A stretch of 64,000 nt of DNA from an uncultured Thermoplasmata archaeon (GCA_963768855.1 CAVYJM010000011.1:96001-160000), one strand, 5' to 3'; shown: positions 46,066-56,531, counted from the stretch's first letter. The notes: generated by a model from the letters alone, not told the origin. Numbers and translations: made by a program.

Positions 46066-46117
46066 ATTGTCCCTTTGTCAACAGGTGTTGTCTGACAAAT
46101 GTATGACTACTTTTAAA
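46066..46117 (+). promoter_or_regulatory. ftsZ promoter: TTTGTCA-N12-TGACAAA inverted repeat plus TATA TTTTAAA
   Basis: Inverted repeat at 46074-46099, extra TTGTC half-sites at 46067 and 46088, TATA at 46111-46117. Confidence 0.55.
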
Positions 46118-46170
46118 TACCCTCACCCCGATGCGCCGGCAGTTACAGTCCGTCGGGATGGGATGGTTCA

Positions 46171-47316
46171 ATGAAGTCGCTTCTCAACGAAGCCCTCGCT
46201 CGGCACCAAGAGGCACAAGAACAGGAAGAGAAGGAGAAGGCTGCGGCGGCCGCGAAGCCGGAGACGGCGAAGAGCGCGGACGACTCGGACATCGAGAAAA
46301 TTGTCGAGTCGATCAACGTCTCGATCAAGATCGTCGGTTGCGGCGGCGGCGGTTCGAACACGATTGATCGGTGCAGCGAGGCCGGAATTTCGGGAGCCCA
46401 GCTGTGTGCGATCAACACGGACGCGAAGCACCTCCTATCCGTCCACGCTCCGAAGAAGATCCTCATCGGCAAGCGCCTCACGAAGGGGCTCGGTGCCGGG
46501 GCCCTTCCCGAGGTCGGCGAGCAGGCCGCCCACGAGAACGAGGAGGAGATCCGGGACTTCATCCGGGGCGCCCATGTCGTCTTCATCACGGCCGGGATGG
46601 GTGGCGGGACCGGGACGGGGTCCGCCCAGTACGTGGCCCACGTCGCCAAGGAAGAAGGTGCGCTCACGATGGGCGTCGTCACGATGCCGTTCAAGTCCGA
46701 GGGCCGCATCCGCATGGAGAACGCGGAGGCCGGCCTGGACAAGCTCCGCAAGTTCTGCGACACGACCATCGTCATCTACAACGACAAGCTCCTCGAGCTC
46801 GTCCCCCGGCTTCCAATCAACGCGGCCTTCAAGGTCGCGGATGAGATCCTCATGCAGTCCATCAAGGGCATGACGGAGATCATCACGAAGCCCGGGCTCG
46901 TGAACCTGGACTACGCCGACCTCATGACGATCATGAAGGGCGGCGGGGTCGCGATGATCGGGATTGGCGAGAGCGACGAGGAGCGGGACCGGATCGAGTA
47001 CGCGATCAACGAGGCGCTTGAGTCCCCGCTGCTCGGCGAGGTCGACCTGACCCACGCCCGCGGCGTGCTCGTGCGCGTCGTTGGCGGGCCCGACCTGACC
47101 GTGTCTGAGGCCGAGAAGGCCGCGGAGGTCGTCGGACAGAAGGTCAACCCGCAGGCCCGGATCATCTGGGGATGTTCCGTCGAACCGGACCTCCAGAACA
47201 CGGTCCAGGTGCTGCTCGTGATCACGGGCGTCAAGTCCAAGTCTTTGCTCGGCAAGGAAGTGAACACCGGGGCGGTCCGCCTCGGCTCCTCCTCCGAGGT
47301 TGACGAAGTACGCTGA
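46171..47316 (+). CDS. ftsZ: Cell division protein FtsZ
   Basis: [43 protein letters not shown]. Confidence 0.96.
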   Translation: MKSLLNEALARHQEAQEQEEKEKAAAAAKPETAKSADDSDIEKIVESINVSIKIVGCGGGGSNTIDRCSEAGISGAQLCAINTDAKHLLSVHAPKKILIGKRLTKGLGAGALPEVGEQAAHENEEEIRDFIRGAHVVFITAGMGGGTGTGSAQYVAHVAKEEGALTMGVVTMPFKSEGRIRMENAEAGLDKLRKFCDTTIVIYNDKLLELVPRLPINAAFKVADEILMQSIKGMTEIITKPGLVNLDYADLMTIMKGGGVAMIGIGESDEERDRIEYAINEALESPLLGEVDLTHARGVLVRVVGGPDLTVSEAEKAAEVVGQKVNPQARIIWGCSVEPDLQNTVQVLLVITGVKSKSLLGKEVNTGAVRLGSSSEVDEVR

Positions 47317-47363
47317 CCTCCTCCACCTTTTTCCCCAACCTTTTTCCTTTTCCCTTTCCTCTC
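47317..47363 (+). terminator. Pyrimidine-rich tract after ftsZ
   Basis: Several T4-T5 runs, unusual in this GC background. Confidence 0.5.
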
Positions 47364-47371
47364 GGATCAGC

Positions 47372-47656
47372 ATGAGCACGCGTCGGCCGAGGTACCGCTA
47401 CATCGCGTTCCGCGTCGAAGGGCCGCGCCCCTTCACCCGGGACGAGGTCCTCGCGGCCCTGCATGGCCTCCCGGAGAGGCTCTGGCTGGTCGGATTCGAG
47501 GACCCCCGCGGCCTCGCGCGCTGTACCCATCTCCGGAAGGACGCGACGATCGACTCTTTGAGCGGTCTCCGCGCGATTGCCGGTCTCGGGGTGCGGGTCA
47601 CGACCCTCGGCACGTCCGGGACGATCCGTCGCGCCACAGAGAAGTATCTCTCCTGA
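47372..47656 (+). CDS. rnp2: RNase P protein Pop5/Rpp14 family
   Basis: RYRYIAF, TLGTSGTIRRA.EKY; located before psmA. Confidence 0.82.
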   Translation: MSTRRPRYRYIAFRVEGPRPFTRDEVLAALHGLPERLWLVGFEDPRGLARCTHLRKDATIDSLSGLRAIAGLGVRVTTLGTSGTIRRATEKYLS

Positions 47657-47681
47657 CCTGCGGGCTCCCCGGGCCCGGTTC

Positions 47682-47698
47682 GAAAGAAGGCTTATAAG
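47682..47698 (+). promoter_or_regulatory. BRE/TATA of psmA operon
   Basis: GAAAGAAGG-CTTATAAG about 37 nt before the ATG. Confidence 0.6.
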
Positions 47699-47734
47699 TG
47701 ACCGGACCATAAGCGGCCCTGCAAGAGGGACGTT

Positions 47735-48460
47735 ATGCAACCGGGCCAGATGGCATACGACAGGGCGATTACGGTCTTCAGCCCCGACGGGCGCCTGTTC
47801 CAGGTCGAGTACGCTCGCGTGGCGGTTACCCGAGGCAACACGACCGCCGGGCTGAAGTTCAAGAACGGCATCGTCCTCATGGCGGACAAGAAAATCGGCT
47901 CCCGTCTGGTCGAGACGTCCTCCATCGAGAAGATCTTCCAGATCGACGAGCACGTCGGCGCCGCGACGTCCGGCCTCGTGGCCGACGCCCGGGTCCTCAT
48001 CGACTATGCCCGGTTGGCAGCCCAGATCAACAAGGTCACCTACAGCGAGAAGATTGGCATCGATCTGCTCGTGAAGAAGATCTGCGACTACAAACAGAAC
48101 TACACGCAGTACGGCGGCGTGCGCCCGTTCGGGACCGCCCTCCTCGTGGCCGGGGTGGACGACCTCGGGACGCACCTGTTCGAGACGGACCCCAGCGGCG
48201 CCCTCGTGTCCTACAAGGCCGGATCGATCGGCGCGGGCCGGAACGCCGTCATGGAGCTCTTCGAGGAGAAGTACAAGGAGGGCATGACCCAGGATGAGGC
48301 TGTCCTCCTCGGTCTCGAGGCGCTCCAGAAGGCCTCCGAGGGAGAGAAGCTCGACGGCAAGACGATCGAGGTCGGCTTGGTCGCCGAGGGTCAGAAGTTC
48401 CGCCGGCTGAGCGAGCAGGAAGTCTCCGCGTACCTTGCGAAGCTGCCGGCCGCGGCCTAG
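47735..48460 (+). CDS. psmA: Proteasome alpha subunit
   Basis: [33 protein letters not shown]. Confidence 0.97.
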   Translation: MQPGQMAYDRAITVFSPDGRLFQVEYARVAVTRGNTTAGLKFKNGIVLMADKKIGSRLVETSSIEKIFQIDEHVGAATSGLVADARVLIDYARLAAQINKVTYSEKIGIDLLVKKICDYKQNYTQYGGVRPFGTALLVAGVDDLGTHLFETDPSGALVSYKAGSIGAGRNAVMELFEEKYKEGMTQDEAVLLGLEALQKASEGEKLDGKTIEVGLVAEGQKFRRLSEQEVSAYLAKLPAAA

Positions 48461-48468
48461 GCGAGGCC

Positions 48469-49209
48469 ATGCCCAAGGAGCTCCGCTCGGACCGCCGGGA
48501 TGACATCTTCAAGGAGTACGTCATTGCCCGCATCGAGAAGGCGGGCGAGAAGTTCGAGGTCCTCGTCAAGCCCGACGCCGTCCAGCGGCTCCGGGACGGC
48601 AAGGAAATCGATTTGATGGCGGAGCTTGCGATCGACCAGATCTTCAAGGACGCGCACAAGGGCTCGAAGGCGTCCGAGGAGAAGACCCAGGAGTTCTTCG
48701 GGACGACGGAGCCTCTGGCGGTGGCCAAGCAGATCATCCGCCACGGTGAGATCCAGCTGACGACCGAGCAGCGCCGCCAGATGCTCGAGCAGAAGCGCAA
48801 GCAGATCGTCCAGTACATCGCGCAGAACGCGATCAATCCCCAGACGGGCGCGCCCCACCCGCCGCAGCGCATCGAGATCGCGATGGAAGAGGCGAAGGTG
48901 CACGTCGACCCGTTCAAGGGGATCGAGGAACAGGTCAAGGACGTCATGGACGCCCTGCGCCCGCTCATCCCAATCCGGTTCGAGAAGGTCCGGATTGCGG
49001 TTCGCCTAACCGCGGAGGACAGCGCGAAGTCCTACGGCGACCTCAAGTCGTTCGGGACGATCCTGAGAGAGGAATGGTCCCCGACCGGTGCCTGGATCGG
49101 CGTCGTGGAGATGCCCGCAGGCATGCAGACTGACTTCTTCGACCGCATCAATGCGAAGACGAAGGGCAATGCGGAAATCAAAATCCTGAAAGCCGACCAG
49201 AAGATCTAG
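48469..49209 (+). CDS. Ribosome maturation factor SBDS/Sdo1
   Basis: [38 protein letters not shown]. Confidence 0.95.
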   Translation: MPKELRSDRRDDIFKEYVIARIEKAGEKFEVLVKPDAVQRLRDGKEIDLMAELAIDQIFKDAHKGSKASEEKTQEFFGTTEPLAVAKQIIRHGEIQLTTEQRRQMLEQKRKQIVQYIAQNAINPQTGAPHPPQRIEIAMEEAKVHVDPFKGIEEQVKDVMDALRPLIPIRFEKVRIAVRLTAEDSAKSYGDLKSFGTILREEWSPTGAWIGVVEMPAGMQTDFFDRINAKTKGNAEIKILKADQKI

Positions 49210-49282
49210 CGCCCGGGTCGAACACCCAAAACCTCAAGTAGCCGCCTCCGTTTCGACGGGCCTGCGTGAGAGAGAGAAACCA

Positions 49283-49978
49283 ATGGAAGAGCGCGGGGCG
49301 GTGCTTCGCCAGATCGTCATTCCGGGCGAAGCCGTCGGCGGGCCTGGCTTGAAACCGGGTCCCGGGACGTTCAAGTCGGGCGACCAGATCCTGGCGGCCC
49401 AGTTGGGGGTGCGCACGGAGCACGAAGGTCGCGTCAGCATCATCCCGCTGAACGGCCGGTACATCCCGCAACGCGGCGACGCGGTCGTCGGCGAGGTCAC
49501 CGACCTCGGACCGTCGCACTGGCTCGTGGATATCAACGCTCCGTATCCTGCCCCTCTCCACGCGACGGAGTCGCCTTGGCGGGTCGAATTCGGGGACACG
49601 GGCCGCTACCTCAAGGTCGGCGACGCGATCCTTGCGTTCGTCCTCAGCGTCGACGAGATCAAGCGTATCCAGCTCACGATGCAGGACCGTGATGCGCGGA
49701 AGCTCAATGGCGGCATGCTCATGGAGATTGCGCCCACGAAGGTGCCGCGGTTGATTGGGAAGCAGGGCAGCATGATCACGATGGTCAAGGAGCTGACCCA
49801 AACCCGCATCTACGTCGGGCAGAATGGACGCATCTGGATCGACGGCCCGGAGCAAGGCGCGGCGGCCGCCGTCCGGGCGATCCACTTCATCGAGGAGCGG
49901 GCGCAGGCCATCGGCCTCACTGAGGCGGTGCGCGACCTGCTGGAGAAGGAAACCCGAGGGACGGGTGTATCCTCCTGA
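49283..49978 (+). CDS. rrp4: Exosome RNA-binding subunit Rrp4
   Basis: VIPGE, YIPQRGD.VVG, KH-domain KVPRLIGKQGSM, VGQNGRIWI. Confidence 0.93.
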   Translation: MEERGAVLRQIVIPGEAVGGPGLKPGPGTFKSGDQILAAQLGVRTEHEGRVSIIPLNGRYIPQRGDAVVGEVTDLGPSHWLVDINAPYPAPLHATESPWRVEFGDTGRYLKVGDAILAFVLSVDEIKRIQLTMQDRDARKLNGGMLMEIAPTKVPRLIGKQGSMITMVKELTQTRIYVGQNGRIWIDGPEQGAAAAVRAIHFIEERAQAIGLTEAVRDLLEKETRGTGVSS

Positions 49979-49990
49979 GGGAGGCGTGAA

Positions 49991-50866
49991 ATGGAAGACA
50001 TCGAGCACATCGAGAAGGAAATGAAGTTGATCGACGAGAACGGCGTCCGCTTGGACGGCCGGAAGTTCGACCAGTTGAGGCCGATCCGAATTGAGGCGGG
50101 CGTCCTGAAGCGCGCGGACGGCTCCGCGTACATCGAGTGGGGCGGGAACAAGGTCCTCGCCGCGGTCTACGGCCCGCGCGAGGCGCACCCGAGGCACATC
50201 CAGGATCCCGCGCGGGCCCTGGTCCAGTGCCGCTACAACATGGCTCCCTTCAGCGTGTCGGATCGGAAGCGCCCCGGGCCGGACCGGCGCTCCGTCGAGA
50301 TCTCCAAGGTCATCTCCGAGGCGTTCTCTTCCGTCGTGTTCAAGGAGCAGTTCCCGCGCACGTCGGTGGACATCTTCATCGAGGTCCTCCAAGCGGACGC
50401 GGGCACCCGGTGCGCCGGCCTCACGGCCGCGTCCGTGGCCCTAGCGGACGCCGGCGTGCCGATGCGGGATCTCGTCGCCTCGTGCGCCTCCGGCAAGATC
50501 GGCGGCGTCGTCTGCCTCGACCTGAACAAGGAAGAGGACAATTTCGGCGACGCAGACTGTCCGATGGCGGTCGTGCACGGCACCGGCGAAATCGTGCTCC
50601 TCCAGATGGACGGCCATCTGACCTTCGACGAATTCCAGAAGGCGATGGAACTCTCCCTCGGCGCCGCGGACCGGCTCTTCGAGCTGCAGCGGGACGCCCT
50701 GAGGCGTCGGTACAGCGTGACCCTCGAGGAGATTCTCCGGGAGAGCCCGCCGCCTGTCGCGCCGCCCCCGGAGCCCGAGGATCGCGACTTCGCGCCGGTG
50801 GAGGAACCCGGTCCCCCGGACGAGGCGCCGCCCCGCGACGAGGACTTCGGGCCGGAGGGGATCTGA
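49991..50866 (+). CDS. rrp41: Exosome subunit Rrp41
   Basis: RLDGRK..QLRP, ADGSAY, YNMAPFS..RK, DAGTRCA; Pro/Glu-rich tail. Confidence 0.95.
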   Translation: MEDIEHIEKEMKLIDENGVRLDGRKFDQLRPIRIEAGVLKRADGSAYIEWGGNKVLAAVYGPREAHPRHIQDPARALVQCRYNMAPFSVSDRKRPGPDRRSVEISKVISEAFSSVVFKEQFPRTSVDIFIEVLQADAGTRCAGLTAASVALADAGVPMRDLVASCASGKIGGVVCLDLNKEEDNFGDADCPMAVVHGTGEIVLLQMDGHLTFDEFQKAMELSLGAADRLFELQRDALRRRYSVTLEEILRESPPPVAPPPEPEDRDFAPVEEPGPPDEAPPRDEDFGPEGI

Positions 50867-51645
50867 TGAGCGAGGAAATCGTGTCGGACCTCATGCGGGC
50901 CCACATCTACCGCCTCGCCCAGCGCGGGGAGCGCGTCGACGGACGCGGCCTCGATGAGCCCCGGAAGCTCACGGTCGAGCGCAGGTACGTCGGAACGGCC
51001 GAGGGCAGCGCTCGCGCGAAGCTCGGGAACACGGACGTCCTCGTCGGGATCAAGATGTCGACGGGCGAGCCGTACCCGGACACCCCGGACACGGGCGTCC
51101 TCTCGACGAGCCTCGAGCTCGTCCCCATGGCGAGCCCGACGTTCGAGGCGGGACCGCCGCGGCCGGAAGCCATCGAGATCGCCCGCGTCGTGGACCGGGG
51201 CATCCGCGAGTCCAAGATGGTCAACGTCGAGAAGCTCTGCATCAAACCGAAGGAGAAGGTCTGGATCCTCTTCATCGACATCCATGTCCTCGACTACGAC
51301 GGGAACCTGTTCGACGTCGGGTCGTATGGGGCCACCGCTGCGCTCGCATCCACCATCGTGCCTGCGAAGGCCCAGGGCCTCGGCGAGGACTTCCCGCTCC
51401 CCGTGGAGCACTGGCCCGTGAGCGTGACGTTCGCGAAGATCAAGGACCTCATCCTCCTCGATCCGGACCTGGACGAGGAGCGGATGGCCGACGCCCGCCT
51501 GACCGTGACGACGGACGAGAACGGCGACATCCGGGCCATGCAAAAAGGCTTAAGTGGAAGTTTCTCCTTCGACGAAGTCAAGCGGTGCATCGGGACGTCC
51601 CAGAAGGTGGGACGTCAGATTCGCCCGATCTTGCAGGGATCCTGA
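50866..51645 (+). CDS. rrp42: Exosome subunit Rrp42
   Basis: [44 protein letters not shown]. Confidence 0.95.
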   Translation: MSEEIVSDLMRAHIYRLAQRGERVDGRGLDEPRKLTVERRYVGTAEGSARAKLGNTDVLVGIKMSTGEPYPDTPDTGVLSTSLELVPMASPTFEAGPPRPEAIEIARVVDRGIRESKMVNVEKLCIKPKEKVWILFIDIHVLDYDGNLFDVGSYGATAALASTIVPAKAQGLGEDFPLPVEHWPVSVTFAKIKDLILLDPDLDEERMADARLTVTTDENGDIRAMQKGLSGSFSFDEVKRCIGTSQKVGRQIRPILQGS

Positions 51646-51653
51646 GGTCTCTC

Positions 51654-51983
51654 ATGGCGCGTCGCACACGGCAGGTTGGCGTCGTCGGCCGCTTCGGCCC
51701 GCGCTATGGCGTGCGGATCCGCCGCCGCGTCCAGGAGATCGAGGAGGGCCGGCGCGCCCGCCATGTCTGCCCGAAGTGTCAGGCGCCCGCGGTCCGCCGG
51801 CGGTCCTCCGGCGTGTGGCAATGCCGCCATTGCGGCCACGTCTTCGCGGGCGGCGCGTACCGCCCGGTCGTCACGACGTCGTTCAAGCGGGAGCTCGAGG
51901 CGGCCCCGGCTCCGGAGGAATCGAAGGAGCCGGAGGACCCGAAGACCGCAAAGGACGGCAAGGCCCGGGCCGAGGGGGCGTGA
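51654..51983 (+). CDS. rpl37ae: 50S ribosomal protein L37ae
   Basis: [12 protein letters not shown]...VRR...GVWQCRHC...FAGGAY; acidic C-terminal extension. Confidence 0.93.
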   Translation: MARRTRQVGVVGRFGPRYGVRIRRRVQEIEEGRRARHVCPKCQAPAVRRRSSGVWQCRHCGHVFAGGAYRPVVTTSFKRELEAAPAPEESKEPEDPKTAKDGKARAEGA

Positions 51984-51985
51984 CG

Positions 51986-52120
51986 ATGTACAAGTGCGCC
52001 AAGTGCCTCGAGCCCATCCGGACGAACATCAACACGGTCGGCATCCAGTGCGAGCGATGCGGCTCGAAGATCTTCTACAAGGAGCGGCCCAACGTCAAGA
52101 AGATCGTCAAGGCTCGGTGA
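51986..52120 (+). CDS. rpoP: RNA polymerase subunit P (Rpo12)
   Basis: MYKCAKC...CERCGSKIFYKERP. Confidence 0.9.
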   Translation: MYKCAKCLEPIRTNINTVGIQCERCGSKIFYKERPNVKKIVKAR

Positions 52121-52122
52121 CC

Positions 52123-52356
52123 ATGCCGCGGGCCGCGATCACGCTCGAGGGAGCCGAGGCCGCCGTGGTCCGCAAAGCCCTCTCCCCGGAGGCGGGACGC
52201 GACGTGCCCAAGGCGCGCGTCTCCGTATCGGGCGCGGGTCGCAAGGTCCTGATCACGATTCACGCGGAGGACACGGGCGCGTTGCGCGCCGCGGTGAACT
52301 CGTACCTGCGTTGGTCGGACGTCGCCGCCCGCGTGCGGCGAGAGGTGACGGCATGA
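52123..52356 (+). CDS. pcc1: KEOPS subunit Pcc1
   Basis: ALSPE, I.AED..ALRAAVNSYLRW. Confidence 0.88.
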   Translation: MPRAAITLEGAEAAVVRKALSPEAGRDVPKARVSVSGAGRKVLITIHAEDTGALRAAVNSYLRWSDVAARVRREVTA

Positions 52357-52730
52357 GCATGAAGGAACTATCGCCCCAGTTGCAGAACCAGATCGCCCAG
52401 TACCAGCAGCTCCAGCAGCAGCTCCAGCTCCTCGCGCAACAGCGCATGCAGCTCGAGGCGAAGCTTCGGGAGATCGACGGGACGCTGGAGGAGCTCAACA
52501 AGCTAAGCAGCGAGACGCAGATCTACAAGAGCATCGGGATGCTCCTCGTCCGCCAGGACGACCGCGAGAGCCTGAAGAAGGAGCTCGAGGACCACAAGGA
52601 GACGCTCACCATCCGGGTCAAGTCGATCCAGAAGCAGGAGAAGTCCCTGTCCGAGCGCTACGAGCAGCTTGGCGAGAAGATCCAGGCCGCCCTCGGAGGG
52701 GCGACGCCGTCCCCGAAGGACGAGACCTGA
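52353..52730 (+). CDS. pfdB: Prefoldin beta subunit
   Basis: PQLQNQIAQYQQLQQQL, IYKSIG.LLV; coiled coils. Confidence 0.93.
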   Translation: MSMKELSPQLQNQIAQYQQLQQQLQLLAQQRMQLEAKLREIDGTLEELNKLSSETQIYKSIGMLLVRQDDRESLKKELEDHKETLTIRVKSIQKQEKSLSERYEQLGEKIQAALGGATPSPKDET

Positions 52731-52785
52731 GCCGCCCTCGGATCGGCCCGCAAACCCTTATATCGCCACGTCCCTTGGCGAACTC

Positions 52786-53580
52786 GTGGCGGACGACGAG
52801 GAGGCCGAGGAGTCCCCGGAGGAGACCTCCGACGAGGCTGCCGACGAGCCTGCCGAGACCCCCGTCGCGGAGTCCCGACCCGTCCTCACGGCCCGCAAGA
52901 AGCCGGTCAAGTCGACAAAGGGCAGCTTCACGCGGTTCCTCATGATTTTCTTCATCCTCCTGGCCGTTGTGGCGATCTTCGATCCGACGATGAGCCAGGG
53001 TTTCGGCGCGGTGGCGGGGTTCATCCTCTTCCCCGTGATCGGCTTCGGCGGTCGGTACCCCGTCCTCACCCTGATGATCGCAGGGATGATGACGACCGGC
53101 ATCTCCTCGATCCTCCGGGACCACTACACGGACTGGCTCAAGATGGTCCGGATGCAGAAGACCCAGGCCGCGTGGCAGAAGGCCCAGCGCGAGGCGATGC
53201 GGAAGGGCAACAAGGCCGAGATGCAGAAGCTCACCAAGATCCGCGAGGGGTTCATGCGGGATCAGATGGACGTCCAGGTCAACTCGATGAAGCCGCTTGC
53301 CTGGACGTTCTTCCTCTTCATCGTTCTGTTTGCCTGGCTGAATGTCTTCGTGAACGCGGAGCTCGCCGTCACGGGGGGCCAGTTCTTCGCCGTCCCGTGG
53401 GCGCCTAACGTCTACGTGAATTACGTGCCCTTCCTCCTGCCCTCCTGGGTGCTCATGTACTCCCTCCTCGCGCTGCCCATCGGTCAGATCCTGACGCGCG
53501 TGCTGAAGTACCTCCGGTTCCGCAAGAAGCTCGAGGCGATGGGGTTGCCGATCGAGCCGGAGCCGGTGGACGCCGCATGA
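52786..53580 (+). CDS. DUF106/EMC3-TMCO1 (Oxa1 superfamily) membrane insertase-like protein
   Basis: TM-coiled coil (KMVRMQK..AAWQK..REA...GN)-MKP-TM pattern, W..MY; acidic N-terminal extension; TATA CTTATAT upstream. Confidence 0.8.
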   Translation: MADDEEAEESPEETSDEAADEPAETPVAESRPVLTARKKPVKSTKGSFTRFLMIFFILLAVVAIFDPTMSQGFGAVAGFILFPVIGFGGRYPVLTLMIAGMMTTGISSILRDHYTDWLKMVRMQKTQAAWQKAQREAMRKGNKAEMQKLTKIREGFMRDQMDVQVNSMKPLAWTFFLFIVLFAWLNVFVNAELAVTGGQFFAVPWAPNVYVNYVPFLLPSWVLMYSLLALPIGQILTRVLKYLRFRKKLEAMGLPIEPEPVDAA

Positions 53581-53590
53581 GGCCGCGAGG

Positions 53591-54130
53591 ATGATTGTCG
53601 CGGTCGGGGGTCCCCCGGGGAGCGGCAAGACGACCGTCGCGGAGCGGTTCGCCCAGGCGCACGCGTACGCCCTCGTGTCCGCGGGGTTCAAGTTCCGCCA
53701 GATGGCGAAGGCCCGCGGCATGGACCTCGAGGCCTTTGGCAAGATCGCCGAGACGGACCCCGAGATCGACCGCTCCCTGGACCACGCGGTCCTCGAGGAG
53801 ATCCTCCGGCAGGACTCCCTGGGACGCGACGTCATCGTGGACGGGCGCATCCAGGCCCATCTCCTTGCCGCCCGTCGCGTGCCCTGCCTGAAGGTGCTCA
53901 TCAACGCACCCCTGTCGGTGCGGGCGGCCCGCGTCGCCGGACGGGAGAAGAAGGACACGAAGGCCGCGGAGCGCGAGATCTCCGCGCGGGAGCGGTCCGA
54001 GCGGATCCGCTACAAGGCGCTCTACGCGATCGACCTCGCCGACGCCTCCGTGTTCGATCTCGTCATCGATTCCTCCAACAAGACGCCGGACCAGATCGTC
54101 GAGCTCGTGTGGTCCCGGGTGGAGGGATGA
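53591..54130 (+). CDS. cmk: Cytidylate kinase (archaeal)
   Basis: GGPPGSGKTTVA, SAG..FR.MA, IDRSLD, RY..LY.ID, DLVIDS. Confidence 0.9.
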   Translation: MIVAVGGPPGSGKTTVAERFAQAHAYALVSAGFKFRQMAKARGMDLEAFGKIAETDPEIDRSLDHAVLEEILRQDSLGRDVIVDGRIQAHLLAARRVPCLKVLINAPLSVRAARVAGREKKDTKAAEREISARERSERIRYKALYAIDLADASVFDLVIDSSNKTPDQIVELVWSRVEG

Positions 54131-55083
54131 GCGACCTCCTCGTCCTCCATGAGACCCCGGAGTCGAAGCACGGCACGAGGCCCGAGGACCGTACGATCGA
54201 GGAGCGCATCCGGCTCGGCGTCGTCATCGTGGACAAGCCCCAGGGACCGACTTCTCACCAGGTGAGCGCCTGGGTCCGCGACATGTTTGGCGTGACGAAG
54301 GCGGGCCACTCGGGAACCCTCGATCCGCACGTGACCGGCGTGCTACCTGTCGCGCTTGCCGATGCGACCCGCGCCGTCGACGCCGTCTTGGAGGGCGACA
54401 AGGAGTACGTCGGCGTGATGCAGCTCCATCAGGACGTCGAGGAGGAGCGCGTCCGTTCCATGATGGCGCGCTTCGTCGGGGACATCTACCAGTTCCCCCC
54501 CGTCCGCTCCGCCGTGCGGCGGGAGCAGAGGGTGCGCCACGTCGAGGAGCTCGAGCCCCTCGAGGTCTCCGGCCGGAACATCCTGTTCCGCGTCCGCTGC
54601 GAATCGGGCACCTACATCCGCACCCTCTGCGCGGACCTCGGCGAGGCGCTCGGCGTGGGTGCGAACATGGTCGACCTACGCCGGACCCGCACCGCCTCGT
54701 TCTCGGAGTCGCAGGCCCGTCCTCTCAACGCTTTCCGGGACGCCTTGACCTATTGGCGGGAGGAGCATGACGAGGGCTCGCTCCGGGAGGTCCTGCTCCC
54801 CGTGGAATCGCTCCTGGACCCCTTGCCCCGGGTCGTTGTCAAGGACACCGCGGTCGACGCGATCTGCCATGGCGCCAACTTGCACGTTCCCGGTGTCGCG
54901 AAGCTTTCGCAACACATCAAGCGCGGACAGCTCGTCGGCATCTTCACCGGCAAGGAGGAGGCGGTCGCGCTGGCGAAGGCGATGATGACCTCCGACGAGA
55001 TCGTCGTTGCGAAGTCGGGTGTCGCGGCGGACATCTCTCGGGTCCTCATGAATCCGGGGACCTACCCGAAGCTGTGGAAGTGA
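54127..55083 (+). CDS. cbf5: H/ACA pseudouridine synthase Cbf5 (TruB family) with PUA domain
   Basis: DKPQGPTSHQV, GHSGTLDP, CESGTYIR, LRRTR, AVDAICHGA. Confidence 0.95.
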   Translation: MSDLLVLHETPESKHGTRPEDRTIEERIRLGVVIVDKPQGPTSHQVSAWVRDMFGVTKAGHSGTLDPHVTGVLPVALADATRAVDAVLEGDKEYVGVMQLHQDVEEERVRSMMARFVGDIYQFPPVRSAVRREQRVRHVEELEPLEVSGRNILFRVRCESGTYIRTLCADLGEALGVGANMVDLRRTRTASFSESQARPLNAFRDALTYWREEHDEGSLREVLLPVESLLDPLPRVVVKDTAVDAICHGANLHVPGVAKLSQHIKRGQLVGIFTGKEEAVALAKAMMTSDEIVVAKSGVAADISRVLMNPGTYPKLWK

Positions 55084-56234
55084 TCGGAATCGGCACAGAC
55101 CCCTGGGGTTTCGATGAGGAACGCCAAGCCCTCGCGCGGCGGCTGCAGCGCCGACGGCGGCGCCTCTCCTGGGTCCGAACCGGAGTCCTCGTCGCCTACC
55201 TGATCGCTCTTCTCGCGGGGCTCTCGTCGGCCGTCCGCGACTGGGCTCTGTCTCTCCATCTGCCGGGCTGGGCCGCCTCCAGCGTGTACCTCCTCGTGCT
55301 CGTCGCGATCGGGTGGGCCATCGGATGGCCCTTCGCGTACCTGGGCGGTTTCCGCCTCGAACGCTCCTCAGGCATGTCGGCCCAGTCCTTGCGCTCTTGG
55401 TTCCTCGATGAGCTCAAGTCATTCGCGCTCGGACTCGGCGCGGTCGTCGTCGCGGGCGACGTCCTCCTGGCGTTGCTCGAGAGCGAGCCGGTGGGGTGGT
55501 GGCTCCTCGCCTGGGCCCTCGGGCTCGTCGTGACCCTGGTCCTCGGATTCCTGGCCCCGGTCGTCCTCGCTCCCTTGTTCTACCGCTTCCGGCCCCTGAA
55601 GGACCCGGACCTCCGCTCCCGGTTCGAGGCGCTCGCGTCCCGGGCTGGCGTGCCCGTCCTCGGGGTCTACGAGATGGGCGCGTCCAGGAAGACCCGCCGG
55701 TCGAACGCCGCGGTCATGGGCTTCAGCCGCACCCGGCGGATCGTGATCACGGACACCATGCTCGGGGCGTACACCGTCGAGGAGATCGAGTCCGTCCTCG
55801 CGCATGAGCTTGGCCATCAGCGTTTCCTCGATCCGCTCAAGGGCGTGGTGGTCGGCGCGCTGCTGTCCTTCGTCATGTGGTCGGTCGCCGCGGGTGCGTA
55901 CGCGGCGACCTGGTCCGCGTTCGGGTTCCGATCCCTTGCGGACATGGCTGGCTTGCCGCTGCTCCTACTGTACAGCGGCCTCGTCTCGTCCGCCCTCGGA
56001 CCGGCCGAGCTGTGGTGGTCCCGTCGGCGTGAGGCGCGGGCGGACCGGTTCTCCTTGGAGCTTACACGGAATCCGGCCTCGTTCGCGTCTGCGATGGTCC
56101 GTCTCAACGACCAGAATCTGGGTGTCGCCCATCCCCATGCCTGGGAGAAGTGGCTCCTCTACAGCCACCCGCCAGGAAGCGAGCGGGTCGACATGGCGAG
56201 GGCCTTCGGGGATCGCCACGGTCCAGCGGCTTGA
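55074..56234 (+). CDS. M48 (Ste24-like) membrane zinc metalloprotease
   Basis: NAAVMG, LAHELGH, E.RADRF, SHPP..ER; multiple TM helices. Confidence 0.9.
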   Translation: MEVIGIGTDPWGFDEERQALARRLQRRRRRLSWVRTGVLVAYLIALLAGLSSAVRDWALSLHLPGWAASSVYLLVLVAIGWAIGWPFAYLGGFRLERSSGMSAQSLRSWFLDELKSFALGLGAVVVAGDVLLALLESEPVGWWLLAWALGLVVTLVLGFLAPVVLAPLFYRFRPLKDPDLRSRFEALASRAGVPVLGVYEMGASRKTRRSNAAVMGFSRTRRIVITDTMLGAYTVEEIESVLAHELGHQRFLDPLKGVVVGALLSFVMWSVAAGAYAATWSAFGFRSLADMAGLPLLLLYSGLVSSALGPAELWWSRRREARADRFSLELTRNPASFASAMVRLNDQNLGVAHPHAWEKWLLYSHPPGSERVDMARAFGDRHGPAA

Positions 56235-56431
56235 GCCTCTTCACCGCCTCGGAGAAGGCGGGGACGAGGACGGCCCGGAATCCCCCCAGCAGTGGGTCCG
56301 GCACCACGATTGGTACAGAGGGTGAACGCCGCGCGCTCCGCGGCGGGGGCCCCGCATAAGGGTGCCTCGGGCTCGTGCGTGACCCGACGCCGCCATGGAG
56401 CTCCGAACGTGACGGCGACCCGGCGGCCAAG

Positions 56432-56439
56432 CTTTATTA
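56432..56439 (+). promoter_or_regulatory. TATA-like box upstream of tRNA-Ser
   Basis: CTTTATTA, the only AT-rich box in this spacer, 92 nt before tRNA position 1. Confidence 0.4.
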
Positions 56440-56531
56440 CCGCGGAGCCAATCGTGCGCGCGCGGAATGCCGAGGCCGCCCCATCGGGTGACCATGTTCG
56501 ATGGTCCCCTCGTGGTCGCCTCCCGGCACGT

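Noticed and set aside
56235-56330. Multi-hairpin, cloverleaf-like segment after the M48 gene (TTCACC/GGTGAA closing stem)
   Set aside because: Stems are only 4-6 bp and mutually competing, as expected at about 70% GC. There is no T-loop, no RNase P (GAGGAAAGTCC) or SRP consensus, and no 5S signature.
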